Origin: Balanoglossus misakiensis
Taxonomy: Eukaryota > Animalia > Hemichordata
Direction of reading: 5' to 3'
Assembly: GCA_040954595.2 (NCBI GenBank)
Contig: CM082585.2
Location: 3,254,902 to 3,318,901, forward strand
DNA: 64,000 bases
The translations under genes were made by a program, and so were the position numbers. Shown here in pieces: positions 37,595 to 49,155 of this stretch. The notes beneath the pieces were generated by a model. The model was given only the letters and a program-made list of their open reading frames with translations. It searched no databases and was not told the origin of the DNA. Every line of letters starts with the position of its first letter. Position 1 is the stretch's first letter.

Positions 37595-38385
37595 TATTAT
37601 CGCTGGTTTCTTAAGGTTGTTCATGCATCGGGGAATCTGCAGCGATGAGGTAACGGGCTCTGACGAGAACAGTGATCCACGGAGACACGTATCTGATTCA
37701 CGTTCATTTATTGTCGAGGATTACTCTAGTACATCAAATACGCCCAATAAAGTACGCGAGGAAGGGAACGGACCCAGTAGCCTGAGGTACTCCCATCTCC
37801 CGTTAGATTATTCTCTTCTTCTTTGGAAACAAAGTTCTCTTATAAGTACTTTTCTCAAGGCGTGGTTAATCATGTAAAATATCACAAATACAATGTGTTA
37901 CAATTTCATTGGGCATCAATTCAACTCTATATGTACCAATTTACATAAAGCGTAATATAACAAAGTCAGTTCGATGACGATTGACAACCAGAGCAATCAG
38001 TTAAACACCAGCTCTCCCTATCTACTTCAAATACATAAAATCAAATACTATCAAATATTGACATTCCCGACACTCTAAAATATCCTTCGGATTGGCTGTC
38101 GGTCATTGACGTAAATCAAAGAAAGACAAAAGTAATTAAAGAAGAAATTATCTCTGTCAAGATCACGACCAAACCAAGGTGATCAAATACAAGGACTAGC
38201 AACCATCATATACAAACACCTCCTCCCACGTATTTTAATAAAGATGTAATTAAACTCATTCGTTGATTGATATTCCCAGGTCTCAATATTAAAGGCATTT
38301 GACCTCTATACACGGAATTACTCATCTTACGCTCTAGATTAGTTGACCCTTAAAATCATATTTGACTTTTATACAGATCGTAACA
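37595..38385 (-). repeat. 3' LTR
   Basis: Direct repeat of 44715-45505; preceded on the minus strand by the PPT. Confidence 0.97.
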
Positions 38386-39476
38386 CTCCCCTCGTTTTAA
38401 AACAATGCGTCCCGCATTGGACACAAATCCCTTAACTAAAAAGATAATACATATAAAAATACAATTTGATAAATCGGTGATCTCTTAAAGAGCAGCACAC
38501 CAAGGGTAGTTTTTCAGTTCCACCCCAAGAATATATTGATGTTCCGTATGATTTTGAAATGTTAGTGTACAATATATACATATAACAAAAGTGAAGTAAA
38601 ATAATTGAAAAAATCAAGTCATGCCTATGAAGTGATCGTCCTAAAAATTATGAAATTACAATACAAAAATTACTACAGAATAAAAGTACATATACAACTT
38701 GATGTAAACTTAAAATAGAATGTGCTCATAAAACCTTCGCACACATATCCACCTACTAATATAAACAATAAAATCGCAACTCCTATAAACCCATAAAACG
38801 TTGTATCCATCATTCAACACAATCTTAATATCTGTTGTCTTATTGACTCAAGAAACACTCTTGCATTCTTTTACATCGAATGATCCGCCGACGTTTCTTA
38901 TTCTCGTCGTTACGTCATATCTGGCAAATTCAATAACGTTAAAAAAGTTAAACTAAAACATTTAAGCGTTTTGTCAAAAATCCACTTTTTACAACTTCGA
39001 AAATGGCATTTTCTTCATTCGAAAATAGGATTTTCTTTGGTTTCTTTGTACATGTACAAACACATAGCCATAAAAAAGAGGCTATTTACACAAACTGGAC
39101 CATTTATTCAGGTCATCAAACGAACGGAAAATTCAACTCACAACTTTTTTCTCTAGTATAAAAATCTCTGTAACTTCAAACTTCATTAGTAATTTCTTTA
39201 TAACTTAAATACATCAATACATGTTAACCAAGCGACACGGGAACCAGGTTGCATAGCACATACAACTAAACTCAGCAAACAAAGGATAATAAAACGTCAT
39301 TCGATAACTTACGCATCATTTAAACGAATCAAGGGACATGCCAATCGTACACTCACTCATACAGGCCGGCCAACACTCATACCTCTCAGTCGTGCTCAAA
39401 TTTTCAATTCACACAACCACGTGTCTCCTTCTTCCGTTTTTTTCTCTGTTACGCTCTTATTTTTCTGTCCGTAGAT

Positions 39477-42400
39477 TTAAATGTGCAAATGTGCTATAAC
39501 CTGTTTCTCTTGGATCTTTACAGGATTTCTCATCAAATACTCTTTTGCAGTTTCATTCAAATTGTCTTCATCCTCCCACGTATTATGTTTGTTTGAATAA
39601 TTCTTCCACTTAACCAAATACTGTAATTTCCCATTTCTATATCGACCCTTTAACACATTTTCTATTTCGTAAAATGGCTCAGAAGCATTATTCTGACAAT
39701 TCCCATTGTTGTCAGTTTCATCGATAGCACTGGGACTTGTCCTTGACGACAAATCTCTCAATCCCAATCCGTCAATTTGATCAGAACCATTTTCTGATTC
39801 TGCATATATTTCTGCTTCTGGACTTTGACATATTTCGGTCCCATTTTCATAATTTGTGGTTTCTGGGACATCGTTTTCTTCACACGACTCATCAGATGAG
39901 GATGAGTCAAACTCAGAGGGGCGCAAATAAGCTCTTTTTAGTCTATTCTCATGTATGACTTTACGATAATTTCTGGTGCTATTTATGAAACGCAACTTAT
40001 AATTAACAGGACTCACCTTTTCAGAAATAATGTAAGGACCTGTCCACTTATGTACGAATTTCTTATTAACTCCTGGTTTAACAGCTGGTGTGTATAAATA
40101 TACAGGATCCCCCACTTTAAGATGTTGTGACCGTTGGATATTTTGATCATAACGGTCCTTCATATTCTGTTGATATCGATCTATATTCTCTTTGGCGATT
40201 TTATGAGCTATCTCCCTTTTAGCAGCTAAATGTTTAAGGTGTGTATCTATATTTCTTGTCCTCCCCTCAACTGGCTGGAATTCAACATCCATGGGCAATG
40301 TGGGATGCCGACCGTATAACAGATAATACGGGCTGAACCCACTGGACTCTTGAGGGCTAACTCTATAAGCGAAAAGCACTGAACTTAGGTACCGATCCCA
40401 ATCTTTCTGTTTACTATCGACAAACATGGACAGCATGTCGACTAGGCAACCGTTGAAACGCTCTGTAAGGCCATTGGTCTGTGGACGATAAGGGGTGGAA
40501 ACTTTCCTCTGAATGTTGAAATATTTGCAAGTTTCACGAACTACTTGGGATAAAAAATTCGATCCCTGATCACTCATCAAAACTCTGGGGCTTCCATAAG
40601 TAGCAATTACTTCATCAAACAAAATCTTAGCAACTGTCTCAGCTCGTGCATTACGTAATGGATATGCTAGTGGGAATTTAGTAAAGTAATCAGTAAGTAC
40701 TAAGATGTATTTATGACCATCATAAGTTCTAGGGAGGGGTCCCACAATATCCATACCCAGTCGGTCCCAGGGTCCTGATACTGGAATAGGTAACAACTTA
40801 GCACGAGTAGTGGGTGTGGCTCTCTTTCGTGTGTGACAATGTGCGCATGTCTTTACGTACATATTAACATCCCGGGGCATCCTTTCCCAAAAATACCTCT
40901 GTCTTAAAACTCCCAACGTTTTAGTGTATCCCAAATGTCCCGCTAAAACACAATCATGAGCCCACCGCAGAACATAATTTCTTAAGGACTTAGGTATCAC
41001 AACCTGTCTAACACAATCTAATTTACCAGCTGATTTCCCCGTGGGTTTCCAAAAATGATACAAAACCCCGTCAACAATGTCGTAATTTGGAGCCATACTA
41101 ACAAATTTACGAGCTAACTTTTGATCAGTAGGTAGCTCATCATTCTCTAAATAATTCAGAAATTTACTCAAATAATTATCTTTTCTCTGTTCTCCCTTCA
41201 TTCGTGATTGTACCTCACTGTCGAATGTGTTATCCACTTCAGTGTTGGAAGCATTTTCCTCCACGTCAGTGTTAGAAGTATCGTTAGAACTGTTAATTAA
41301 AGTCCCATACCCAGGTGTGTCCTCATTATTTGCAGAATTATGAACCTCGGGTTCGGTTTGTTGCCCTGCATGTACATTATTTATACAAGGTGAGTTTATG
41401 GGCTCAGTGTTTACACACTTATCTACCATTGGAAACTGACTGTTAGGCTTGTAATTTATCTCAGGCGCATGCTCTAAATCAGTGACGTCAGACTTGTACC
41501 CCTCACATTGTTGATATGGTCTCCTTGACAACCCGTCAGCATTCATGTGTTTCTTACCAGGTCTATAGATAATTTCGTAATCGTACTGCTGCATGGTCAT
41601 TATCCAACGGCCAATACGCCCCCTCGGTATTTTCTGTTTAAACATGTAAGTCAGATTGGAGTGATCAGTCACTATAGTAACACGGTTGCTACGTACATAG
41701 TGATCACATTGTCGAATAGCATGAATGACGGCCAAAGCTTCCAATTCTGTAATTGAGTAATTTCTTTCGTGACAGTTTAAACTTCGACCCCCATATAAAA
41801 TTACTCGTTCAACACCATTCTGTCGTTGAGCTAAAACAAACCCCAGGGCATGAGTGGAACTATCGGTATAAATTATAAAATTTTCATTCATATCAGGATA
41901 CCCTAGAATTGGTGCATGACACAGAACATGTTTTAATTTCTCGAATGCTTGTTCGCATCGATCATCCCATTCAAATTTCGTGTCCTTTCCCAACAATTTA
42001 TGCAGAGGCCTTGCAATGATCGAGAAATTCTTTATAAACTTTCTATAATAATTGGCCAACCCCAAAAATGATTTCAACTGTGTGACAGTATGAGGACGGG
42101 GATATTCTTTAACAGCTGTTACTTTACTCTCGTCAGCCGCAATTCCATCCTTACTGATAATATGACCCAAAAATTTAACACTCTTTCTCATAAATTGACA
42201 TTTGCTGGGCTTTAATTTCAATCCAGCTTGACGTAACCTGGTTAGGACAGTATCAATGTGTTGTAGATGCTCCTCAAAAGAGCTGCTAAATATAATAATA
42301 TCATCGATATAACATAACACATATTGCCACATAATATTGCGTAACACGTGTTGCATAGTACGCTGAAAACAACTGGGACTATTTCGCAACCCCTGGGCAA

Positions 42401-42782
42401 GTCTCCTGTATTGATATAAACCATGATGTGTGACAAATGCTGTTTTTGGTCTGCTCTCTTCATCTAATTCCAATTGAAAAAATCCTGACTGTAAGTCTAG
42501 CGTCGAAAAATACTGAGGCTTATTCTTGCCCAACATTTCAAGAGATTCGTCAGTTCTAGGCAAGGGAAACGAATCAGGCACTGTAATATTATTTAAATGA
42601 CGAAAATCTGTGCAAAAGCGCCACGAACCATCAGGCTTTTTAACTAAAACTACTGGACTAGCAAACGGTGAAGTAGATGGCTCGATAATATTTTGTTCTA
42701 ACAGCTGATCAACTTGTCGCTCAAGTTCACGCCTTTTCTCAGGCGTTACTCGGTAAGGTGGGCGACGAAACGGGGCAGCACC
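39477..42782 (-). CDS. Gypsy pol: RT, RNase H, integrase, chromodomain
   Basis: LDLQSGFFQ, YIDDII, TDSSTHALG, ELEALA, HHCC zinc finger, DIVGP...SDQG...ERFN, GPY, YEIENVL...YLVKWKNY...NTWE. The frame is open upstream of the listed ORF to ~42782. Confidence 0.95.
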   Translation of the reverse strand, partial: GAAPFRRPPYRVTPEKRRELERQVDQLLEQNIIEPSTSPFASPVVLVKKPDGSWRFCTDFRHLNNITVPDSFPLPRTDESLEMLGKNKPQYFSTLDLQSGFFQLELDEESRPKTAFVTHHGLYQYRRLAQGLRNSPSCFQRTMQHVLRNIMWQYVLCYIDDIIIFSSSFEEHLQHIDTVLTRLRQAGLKLKPSKCQFMRKSVKFLGHIISKDGIAADESKVTAVKEYPRPHTVTQLKSFLGLANYYRKFIKNFSIIARPLHKLLGKDTKFEWDDRCEQAFEKLKHVLCHAPILGYPDMNENFIIYTDSSTHALGFVLAQRQNGVERVILYGGRSLNCHERNYSITELEALAVIHAIRQCDHYVRSNRVTIVTDHSNLTYMFKQKIPRGRIGRWIMTMQQYDYEIIYRPGKKHMNADGLSRRPYQQCEGYKSDVTDLEHAPEINYKPNSQFPMVDKCVNTEPINSPCINNVHAGQQTEPEVHNSANNEDTPGYGTLINSSNDTSNTDVEENASNTEVDNTFDSEVQSRMKGEQRKDNYLSKFLNYLENDELPTDQKLARKFVSMAPNYDIVDGVLYHFWKPTGKSAGKLDCVRQVVIPKSLRNYVLRWAHDCVLAGHLGYTKTLGVLRQRYFWERMPRDVNMYVKTCAHCHTRKRATPTTRAKLLPIPVSGPWDRLGMDIVGPLPRTYDGHKYILVLTDYFTKFPLAYPLRNARAETVAKILFDEVIATYGSPRVLMSDQGSNFLSQVVRETCKYFNIQRKVSTPYRPQTNGLTERFNGCLVDMLSMFVDSKQKDWDRYLSSVLFAYRVSPQESSGFSPYYLLYGRHPTLPMDVEFQPVEGRTRNIDTHLKHLAAKREIAHKIAKENIDRYQQNMKDRYDQNIQRSQHLKVGDPVYLYTPAVKPGVNKKFVHKWTGPYIISEKVSPVNYKLRFINSTRNYRKVIHENRLKRAYLRPSEFDSSSSDESCEENDVPETTNYENGTEICQSPEAEIYAESENGSDQIDGLGLRDLSSRTSPSAIDETDNNGNCQNNASEPFYEIENVLKGRYRNGKLQYLVKWKNYSNKHNTWEDEDNLNETAKEYLMRNPVKIQEKQVIAHLHI

Positions 42783-44637
42783 CTCTATGTTTGATTACAT
42801 CACAGTTGCCTAAACGACCACTAGAATCAACAAAAGCTTCCATATTGTGCAGTAAAACATCTCTAAGCTGTTTACGCTGTGTATTAGTTATCTCTAATTC
42901 ATTAAATTTCAATTGACCCATCAAATAATCCGTCTCTTTCTGTGTACGGGGCCCTTGAGGTGAGACACAATTAACGGCAGTATGATCGAGTGGGATTATT
43001 TGACTATTTCTGGGCAAGGGCGAAAACATCCCAACAACACTGTTTTTCTTAATTTTGACCACAGTATCCAAAGTGTTTATAACTCGCATGGGAAGAAAAT
43101 TCTTATTCGAATAGGCCAACCCCTTAGCTACCAAAATACCCGGGGTTAATCGCGTGCGTTTATCAGAAATACAACCTAAAACTCCAGTAAAATATTTATA
43201 CGGCACATTCACTGGAATAACCATTTCACTTCCAGGTGGAATGTTAACATCAACATTGGTTCTTAACGGTACGTCAGATTGTAATCTTAAAATATTACCC
43301 TTGAAATCAATAACAGCTCTATAACGCTTCATAAAATCAAGTCCCAAAATCAGATTATGCTGAAGAGACTCAACTAAATTAACATACAGTAATACACGCT
43401 TATTCCCAATAAAAGCAGGTATTTTCATAAATCCAAATACCTTCAATTTGTCTTCGTTTGCTGTTTGTACACAATTATATCTGGACTTGAACATCGGATA
43501 ATTCTTAAGAGCGGGAACAAGCTCTAACAACCGAATAGGAGCTACAGTAATATTCGCTCCAGTATCAATTAATGACGTCACCTTTTCATGACATATTGAA
43601 ATTGGAATAACATTCTCATGAAAAGCACACCCATCTTTGTTAACAAAGTTTGTACCACCTTTAACATTATAGGCACCCTCTTTCCCGAGTGCATTTATAC
43701 CCTTCAATGACCTCTTGTCGGACGATCCATCGAAATAAAATTTCCGACCTGGCTTCAAACCATTTCCAGAGAACGCATATTTTGAACAATTTCTAGCTAT
43801 ATGATCGTAACGCCCACAATTAAAACATGCACGGGAATTAAATTGATGATATCGAGGAAAACATTGGGCAGAGTGCCTTGTAAAATTGTATCTGTTCCTC
43901 TTTACCTTATTGTCTATTGTTCGTTCTCTTGCTCTGTAATTCGGCGATTTCTTCTCTCTTTTTGTCGATCGTCCTCGATGATCTGGCGCTCTTGTCTTGG
44001 TCTTCACTTCTTGAACTTGTTTCATTTCGTCAATCCGTTTCGAGATTTGTTGTAAAAGACCCGCATCTGGCTCGTCTGTCCCTGGTAATTCTGCCACGAC
44101 CTCTGCTGTTCGAGCATGTTTGTACGCTGTTTCGAAGTCCTTAGGTGTCATTCCCGCTACGAACTTTAGTATGTCCGGTCTCAGTCCGTTCATGAAGAAG
44201 GATAGTATTTCCTCATCAGTCTTTTTCGCCCTTTCTGCTTTTTCGCATATCAATTCCGCATATTGTTCCACAGTCTGGTCCGGCAGTTGCTTCAGGCGAA
44301 ACAGTTTCTCGTCATACAACCACATCGGACCGCACTTATCAAAACGAGCGAGGAAGACATTTTGCAGTGTCGTCAGATCATTTTTCTTTTCAGCAGACAG
44401 TCTGTAGAACCATCGCTCCGCTTCACCAGTCAAATATAGTCCGATTCCTTTAAGCCGTTTCTCGTCTGACCATTGCTTAAAGTCAGCAAAGTCTAGATAT
44501 TTTTTCCACCATCGGCGTGCATTCTCAGTCTCTGTACCCGAAAAGAAACGTGGGCCTACCTGACCTCCAGCTCTGAGTGTAACCTGTCGTATTTCTGATA
44601 TTTGACTGTTCAAGTCGTTTAGCATCTCGCGATCCAT
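42739..44637 (-). CDS. Gypsy gag-protease, separated from pol by a frameshift near 42785
   Basis: Capsid-like region, zinc knuckle CFNCGRYDHIARNC, protease LIDTGA. Confidence 0.92.
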   Translation of the reverse strand: MDREMLNDLNSQISEIRQVTLRAGGQVGPRFFSGTETENARRWWKKYLDFADFKQWSDEKRLKGIGLYLTGEAERWFYRLSAEKKNDLTTLQNVFLARFDKCGPMWLYDEKLFRLKQLPDQTVEQYAELICEKAERAKKTDEEILSFFMNGLRPDILKFVAGMTPKDFETAYKHARTAEVVAELPGTDEPDAGLLQQISKRIDEMKQVQEVKTKTRAPDHRGRSTKREKKSPNYRARERTIDNKVKRNRYNFTRHSAQCFPRYHQFNSRACFNCGRYDHIARNCSKYAFSGNGLKPGRKFYFDGSSDKRSLKGINALGKEGAYNVKGGTNFVNKDGCAFHENVIPISICHEKVTSLIDTGANITVAPIRLLELVPALKNYPMFKSRYNCVQTANEDKLKVFGFMKIPAFIGNKRVLLYVNLVESLQHNLILGLDFMKRYRAVIDFKGNILRLQSDVPLRTNVDVNIPPGSEMVIPVNVPYKYFTGVLGCISDKRTRLTPGILVAKGLAYSNKNFLPMRVINTLDTVVKIKKNSVVGMFSPLPRNSQIIPLDHTAVNCVSPQGPRTQKETDYLMGQLKFNELEITNTQRKQLRDVLLHNMEAFVDSSGRLGNCDVIKHRGCCPVSSPTLPSNA

Positions 44638-44703
44638 AGTGCAATCTCTCCGCTGGACGTCGCCGTTTCTGTCTCCGATGGATTTGTTTCGTCTACCCTC
44701 GTT

Positions 44704-44712
44704 TCTCCACCA
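44704..44712 (-). promoter_or_regulatory. Primer binding site, probably tRNA-Ala
   Basis: TGGTGGAGA lies 2 nt inside the 5' LTR boundary and is complementary to a tRNA 3' end ...UCUCCACCA. Confidence 0.7.
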
Positions 44713-44714
44713 TG

Positions 44715-45505
44715 TATTATCGCTGGTTTCTTAAGGTTGTTCATGCATCGGGGAATCTGCAGCGATGAGGGAACGGGCTCTGACGAGAACAGTGATCCAC
44801 GGAGACACGTATCTGATTCACGTTCATTTATTGTCGAGGATTACACTAGTACATCAAATACGCCCAATAAAGTACGCGAGGAAGGGAACGGACCCAGTAG
44901 CCTGAGGTACTCCCATCTCCCGTTAGATTATTCTCTTCTTCTTTGGAAACAAAGTTCTCTTATAAGTACTTTTCTCAAGGCGTGGTTAATCATGTAAAAT
45001 ATCACAAGTACAATGTGTTACAATTTCATTGGGCATCAATTCAACTCTATATGTACCAATTTACATAAAGCGTTATATAACAAAGTCAGTTCGATGACGA
45101 TTGACAACCAGAGCAATCAGTTAAACACCAGCTCTCCCTATCTACTTCAAATACATAAAATCAAATACTATCAAATATTGACATTCCCGACACTCTAAAA
45201 TATCCTTCGGATTGGCTGTCGGTCATTGACGTAAATCAAAGAAAGACAAAAGTAATTAAAGAAGAAATTATCTCTGTCAAGATCACGACCAAACCAAGGT
45301 GATCAAATACAAGGACTAGCAACCATCATATACAAACACCTCCTCCCACGTATTTTAATAAAGATGTAATTAAACTCATTCGTTGATTGATATTCCCAGG
45401 TCTCCATATTAAAGGCATTTGACCTCTATACACGGAATTACTCATCTTACGCTCTAGATTAGTTGACCCTTAAAATCATATTTGACTTTTATACAGATCG
45501 TAACA
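44715..45505 (-). repeat. 5' LTR
   Basis: Direct repeat of 37595-38385. Confidence 0.97.
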
Positions 45506-46998
45506 CTGCATTGCTGTCAAATTTGACAAGACCCGTGAACCAATTAGAGAGTTTGTGTATGCTTATCTTTGACATAGGCAGAGTTGAACCTTTTTGATCA
45601 AACGTGACAATATTTTCAGCAAACGTTCTCCACAGATATATGCAGGCACAATGTTCGCTTATACATCACGTCATCAAAGCGTGCTCACATGCTTCTTTTC
45701 ATTGTATTTCAAATTTATTATTAACATTTTAAAGGTCGGTGTCCCCTATTAAAAGTTTTCAAGGTGGTCAGAGAGTGGTTACCTATTGGAGGAATGTTAG
45801 TTTAACATAACTATTTATAAACGTCTGGCCTGGAATTCCTACCTTGGGTCAAACTACGGTTCCTGGCATGTCTCTTTAGGCCAAACTATATAAGTATTAA
45901 GCATTCTTATCTCAAGTGGCAAAATAATAAATTTAAATCAGAGCAGCCACGTATTATTCAGGTGTGATGGACTTGACAGTGGTACTTTACCCAATTTGCC
46001 AACTTGCTTGGTGAAAATTTACCACCATCACCCACGCTTTGACAAGGTTGACCTCTGTCCAATTTATTCAAGTTGGAAAATCGTTGCATGTGTAGGCCTA
46101 CGTTTGTACATGTAAATGTATTTCTTAACACGCGTTATATCTCATTCTTATCTTCTGATCGGTGGCAGAGTGAGATATAATTCTCATAGGGGTGTGTTTA
46201 GTATACTAGAGTATAGTGCAGTGACCTGATTTCAATATTATAAACAGTGCACATTGTGAACCCGCCCAAACTTTGGGAATAATCGACAGCCTTTAAACAG
46301 GAACTAAGCGCAAATATTGAACACGGTAAAACTAACCTACGAGATCGTACAGAGAAATCTCTTATACACAGTGGAGGGACCATGACTTTTATCATATGCT
46401 CATGCTGATATCACCTCCTCCAAGTGACGTTTAACGTGAATATCACCACGTTTAGTGAGAAATATCACCGGCGATATTTAACACTAAACGTCATCATTTC
46501 TTGCGCTTATACCCGGAACTATGTTCATGAAAATGGCGACCTTAGATGTAAACAAACATAACCCTATACAGGGCCCGGTTTCATGAGATTTGACATACCG
46601 GTAGTCAACATCGATATGCATGGAGTTCTGATGGCCACGGACATGTGTTATAAATAAAGGATTTATCTTGGTGATTGATTTGGAAAACAAACGATTATTA
46701 GTTACACACGTAGAAAAAATATGACAACGTCACGTCAACACTGTGCGTCACGCGCGCGAGTAGTTGTCCAGGTGACCGGTCTGTTTACGGTCGTTTACCA
46801 AATAAAGATAACCCGAATATTTTCACAATTATACCTTCTTCAGACTTTTTTTTGTAGTTTTCAGTAAAATAAACGACTACATTTTTTATGGTTACGTTTT
46901 AAAAACAATTCACCACTAAAATGAAAATCCGGTCAATAAAAAGTGGATGCCTATCGAACGTACGGCAAAATTTACTCACTTCCTAAATAGACATTGCA

Positions 46999-48423
46999 AT
47001 GGAAGCATTCAATGACCCAGAGATACAGGAAATTTTCCAACTTGCTGAGTTATTGTGTCAAGATGACACTGATACTGCTGTACCCGAACCAAATCAGCAA
47101 CAACAGCAAAATCAAAATCGGTATGTGGAATTTAATGATGGCGATTTGGACGACTTTGTGGACCAGCAAAAAAAGAAGAATACCGTAAGGAGTACGAACA
47201 CGGCAGTGAAGCAGTTTCAAGAATGGATGTCGAGTATGCGCCCAACAGAAACTCGTCGTATTGTTGATATGCCACCCCAAGATCTGGATAGCCACCTTGC
47301 TGCGTATTTTGTTGGAGCCAGGCAGAAAAATGGTGAGCAGTATGAACCCGATACTTTGACAAGCTATCAGCGGGGAATCGAGCGTTATCTTCAGGACAAC
47401 GGTTACCCGGTCTCGATCATCCGTGGCAATGAGTTCCAGCGCTCCCGAAAATGCCTCTCAGCAAAAAGAGTTGAACTAAAAAAACAGGGACGGGGAAATA
47501 AGCCACAAGCTGCCGAAGTGATTACAGATGAAGAAGAACAACTTTTAATTGAACGAGGATTTGTCGGTCGATCGACTCCCGAAGCGTTGTTCAACGCAGT
47601 TTGGATGAACAACACCAAGATGTTGGGCTTTCGCGGTGGCCAAGAAAACCGGGAATTGAAATGGGGGGATATCAAGCTCAAAAATACGGCCGACCACAAA
47701 GAATATCTCGAATTCAACGAAAGGGAGACTAAGACCAGATTTGGACAAGCTGGTGCAAAACCACGACCCTTCAACCCCAAAATCTTCGCAACTCCCGAGA
47801 AGCCAGACACATGTCCCATAGCCACATACAAGGAGTTCGCTAATCGTCGCCCCGTTGAAATGAATACCCCAGACAGCCCCTTCTACTTGGCAATCAATTA
47901 TTCGCCCTCATCAACCATATGGTTTAAGAAATCTCCAATGGGAAAGAATAAGTTGGCAACAGTCGTCCAGAGTATGAGCGAGAAAGCGGGCATCAGAGGG
48001 AAAAAAACCAATCACAGCATGAGAAAAACAGCCATCACGAAATTGCTGCACGCAGGCATTCCACCGACCCAAGTACAACAGTTATCGGGCCACAGTCAGC
48101 TGCAGTCGGTCAACAACTACGCCACCGCCTCGCTCAGGCAGCAGGAGGAGATGTCAAACATCCTCGCTCCATGTTCATCCAAACAAGTCGAAAATCGGGC
48201 AATTTCTGGTTCCGTCAGTTCAAACACGTGTCAGATGGAAGCGGCGACAACGGGCGGTATATTTAGCGACGCAGTGATATATGGCGGCTCGTTTAATATC
48301 TATGTTTCAAATGCGACGTCAACGGGATCATCATCTATGACACAGCCCCCACCACCGTACAAACGCCGCCGCCGTGCAGTCATTTATGACTCTCCGTCCT
48401 CATCAGAAAATTCCCAGGAATGA
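46999..48423 (+). CDS. Tyrosine recombinase, DUF3504/Crypton type, 474 aa
   Basis: RQKNGEQYEPDT; LGFRGG (R), TKTR (K), NHSMRK (HxxR), SGHSQ (H), NNYA (Y). Clearly homologous to, but diverged from, the ORF at 7993-9522. Confidence 0.92.
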   Translation: MEAFNDPEIQEIFQLAELLCQDDTDTAVPEPNQQQQQNQNRYVEFNDGDLDDFVDQQKKKNTVRSTNTAVKQFQEWMSSMRPTETRRIVDMPPQDLDSHLAAYFVGARQKNGEQYEPDTLTSYQRGIERYLQDNGYPVSIIRGNEFQRSRKCLSAKRVELKKQGRGNKPQAAEVITDEEEQLLIERGFVGRSTPEALFNAVWMNNTKMLGFRGGQENRELKWGDIKLKNTADHKEYLEFNERETKTRFGQAGAKPRPFNPKIFATPEKPDTCPIATYKEFANRRPVEMNTPDSPFYLAINYSPSSTIWFKKSPMGKNKLATVVQSMSEKAGIRGKKTNHSMRKTAITKLLHAGIPPTQVQQLSGHSQLQSVNNYATASLRQQEEMSNILAPCSSKQVENRAISGSVSSNTCQMEAATTGGIFSDAVIYGGSFNIYVSNATSTGSSSMTQPPPPYKRRRRAVIYDSPSSSENSQE

Positions 48424-48900
48424 TCAGACTTTGAGACTCTTTTTGAACTTTGAAATGAATGGCTTTATTAAATTATTTGCAATTTAACTGATGTCATACC
48501 GATTTTAAACATGTTAAATTCATGACGTTCACTTGTTGTTGCACCCCCAAAAAAATGTGTTCGATTCAATTTTCAAACGTTTTGTTGTTTTGCATGATAG
48601 AGAGCGGTTGACCTCCTTGAACAATTTACTATTTAAAGACATCTTTGACTTACCGATGTTGTCGTTTCCCACCGTTATTTAACATCTTTACAGTTATCCT
48701 CATATTTTTATATCACCGCTACGCTACACTTAAAAATGGCGCGTCATGTCAACATCATCAGTCATGAATGAAGCCGATTTACAATGTTAATAAAATATCA
48801 ATGCGCTAAGCGGAATAAAATAATTCATTAAAATTAAAGTGTTCTCGCTTTATTTTTTCATTTTTCTTGTAAATTCCGAAGTTTGAGCATATGATAAATC

Positions 48901-49046
48901 GGTTATCGCCCCATATCCCCTCTTGTTGGGCCATATTTGTGTGGGTTGTGAGCTGCATCACACTCGTCTTCGACTCGTGTGATGCTGCTCACAACCCACA
49001 CTCGCGGCAAATATGGCCCAACAAGAGGGGATATGGGGCGATAACC
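48901..49046 (+). repeat. Terminal hairpin of element 2
   Basis: 39-bp perfect outer stem, one-sided bulge CTCGCGG, T-T mismatch, apical CTCG-TCTTCGA-CTCG. Confidence 0.97.
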
Positions 49047-49155
49047 TCATAATATTAGTTTAAACGTTAAAAACTGCCGCAGGCAGTTCGGGTTGTTTGG
49101 CCCATTATGGAGTTGTTGAGTGTTCTTATCGTTTGTTCAAGAATGACGTCACCTA

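Larger units (their letters stand above)
37595..45505 (-). mobile_element. Full-length Ty3/Gypsy LTR retrotransposon with chromodomain
   Basis: 791-bp LTRs (37595-38385, 44715-45505) with ~5 differences by eye. TSD CTGC confirmed by empty paralogues (~34781, ~56598). PBS TGGTGGAGA; PPT GAGGGGAG. Confidence 0.97.
46389..49051 (+). mobile_element. Crypton-like tyrosine recombinase DNA transposon (element 2)
   Basis: Absent from paralogous site CCATGACTT|ATATTAGTTTAAACG (~30554). Left end TTTATCATATGCTCA (46388-46402) is inverted at 48884-48898. Terminal hairpin; ends in TCATA; no TSD. Confidence 0.9.
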
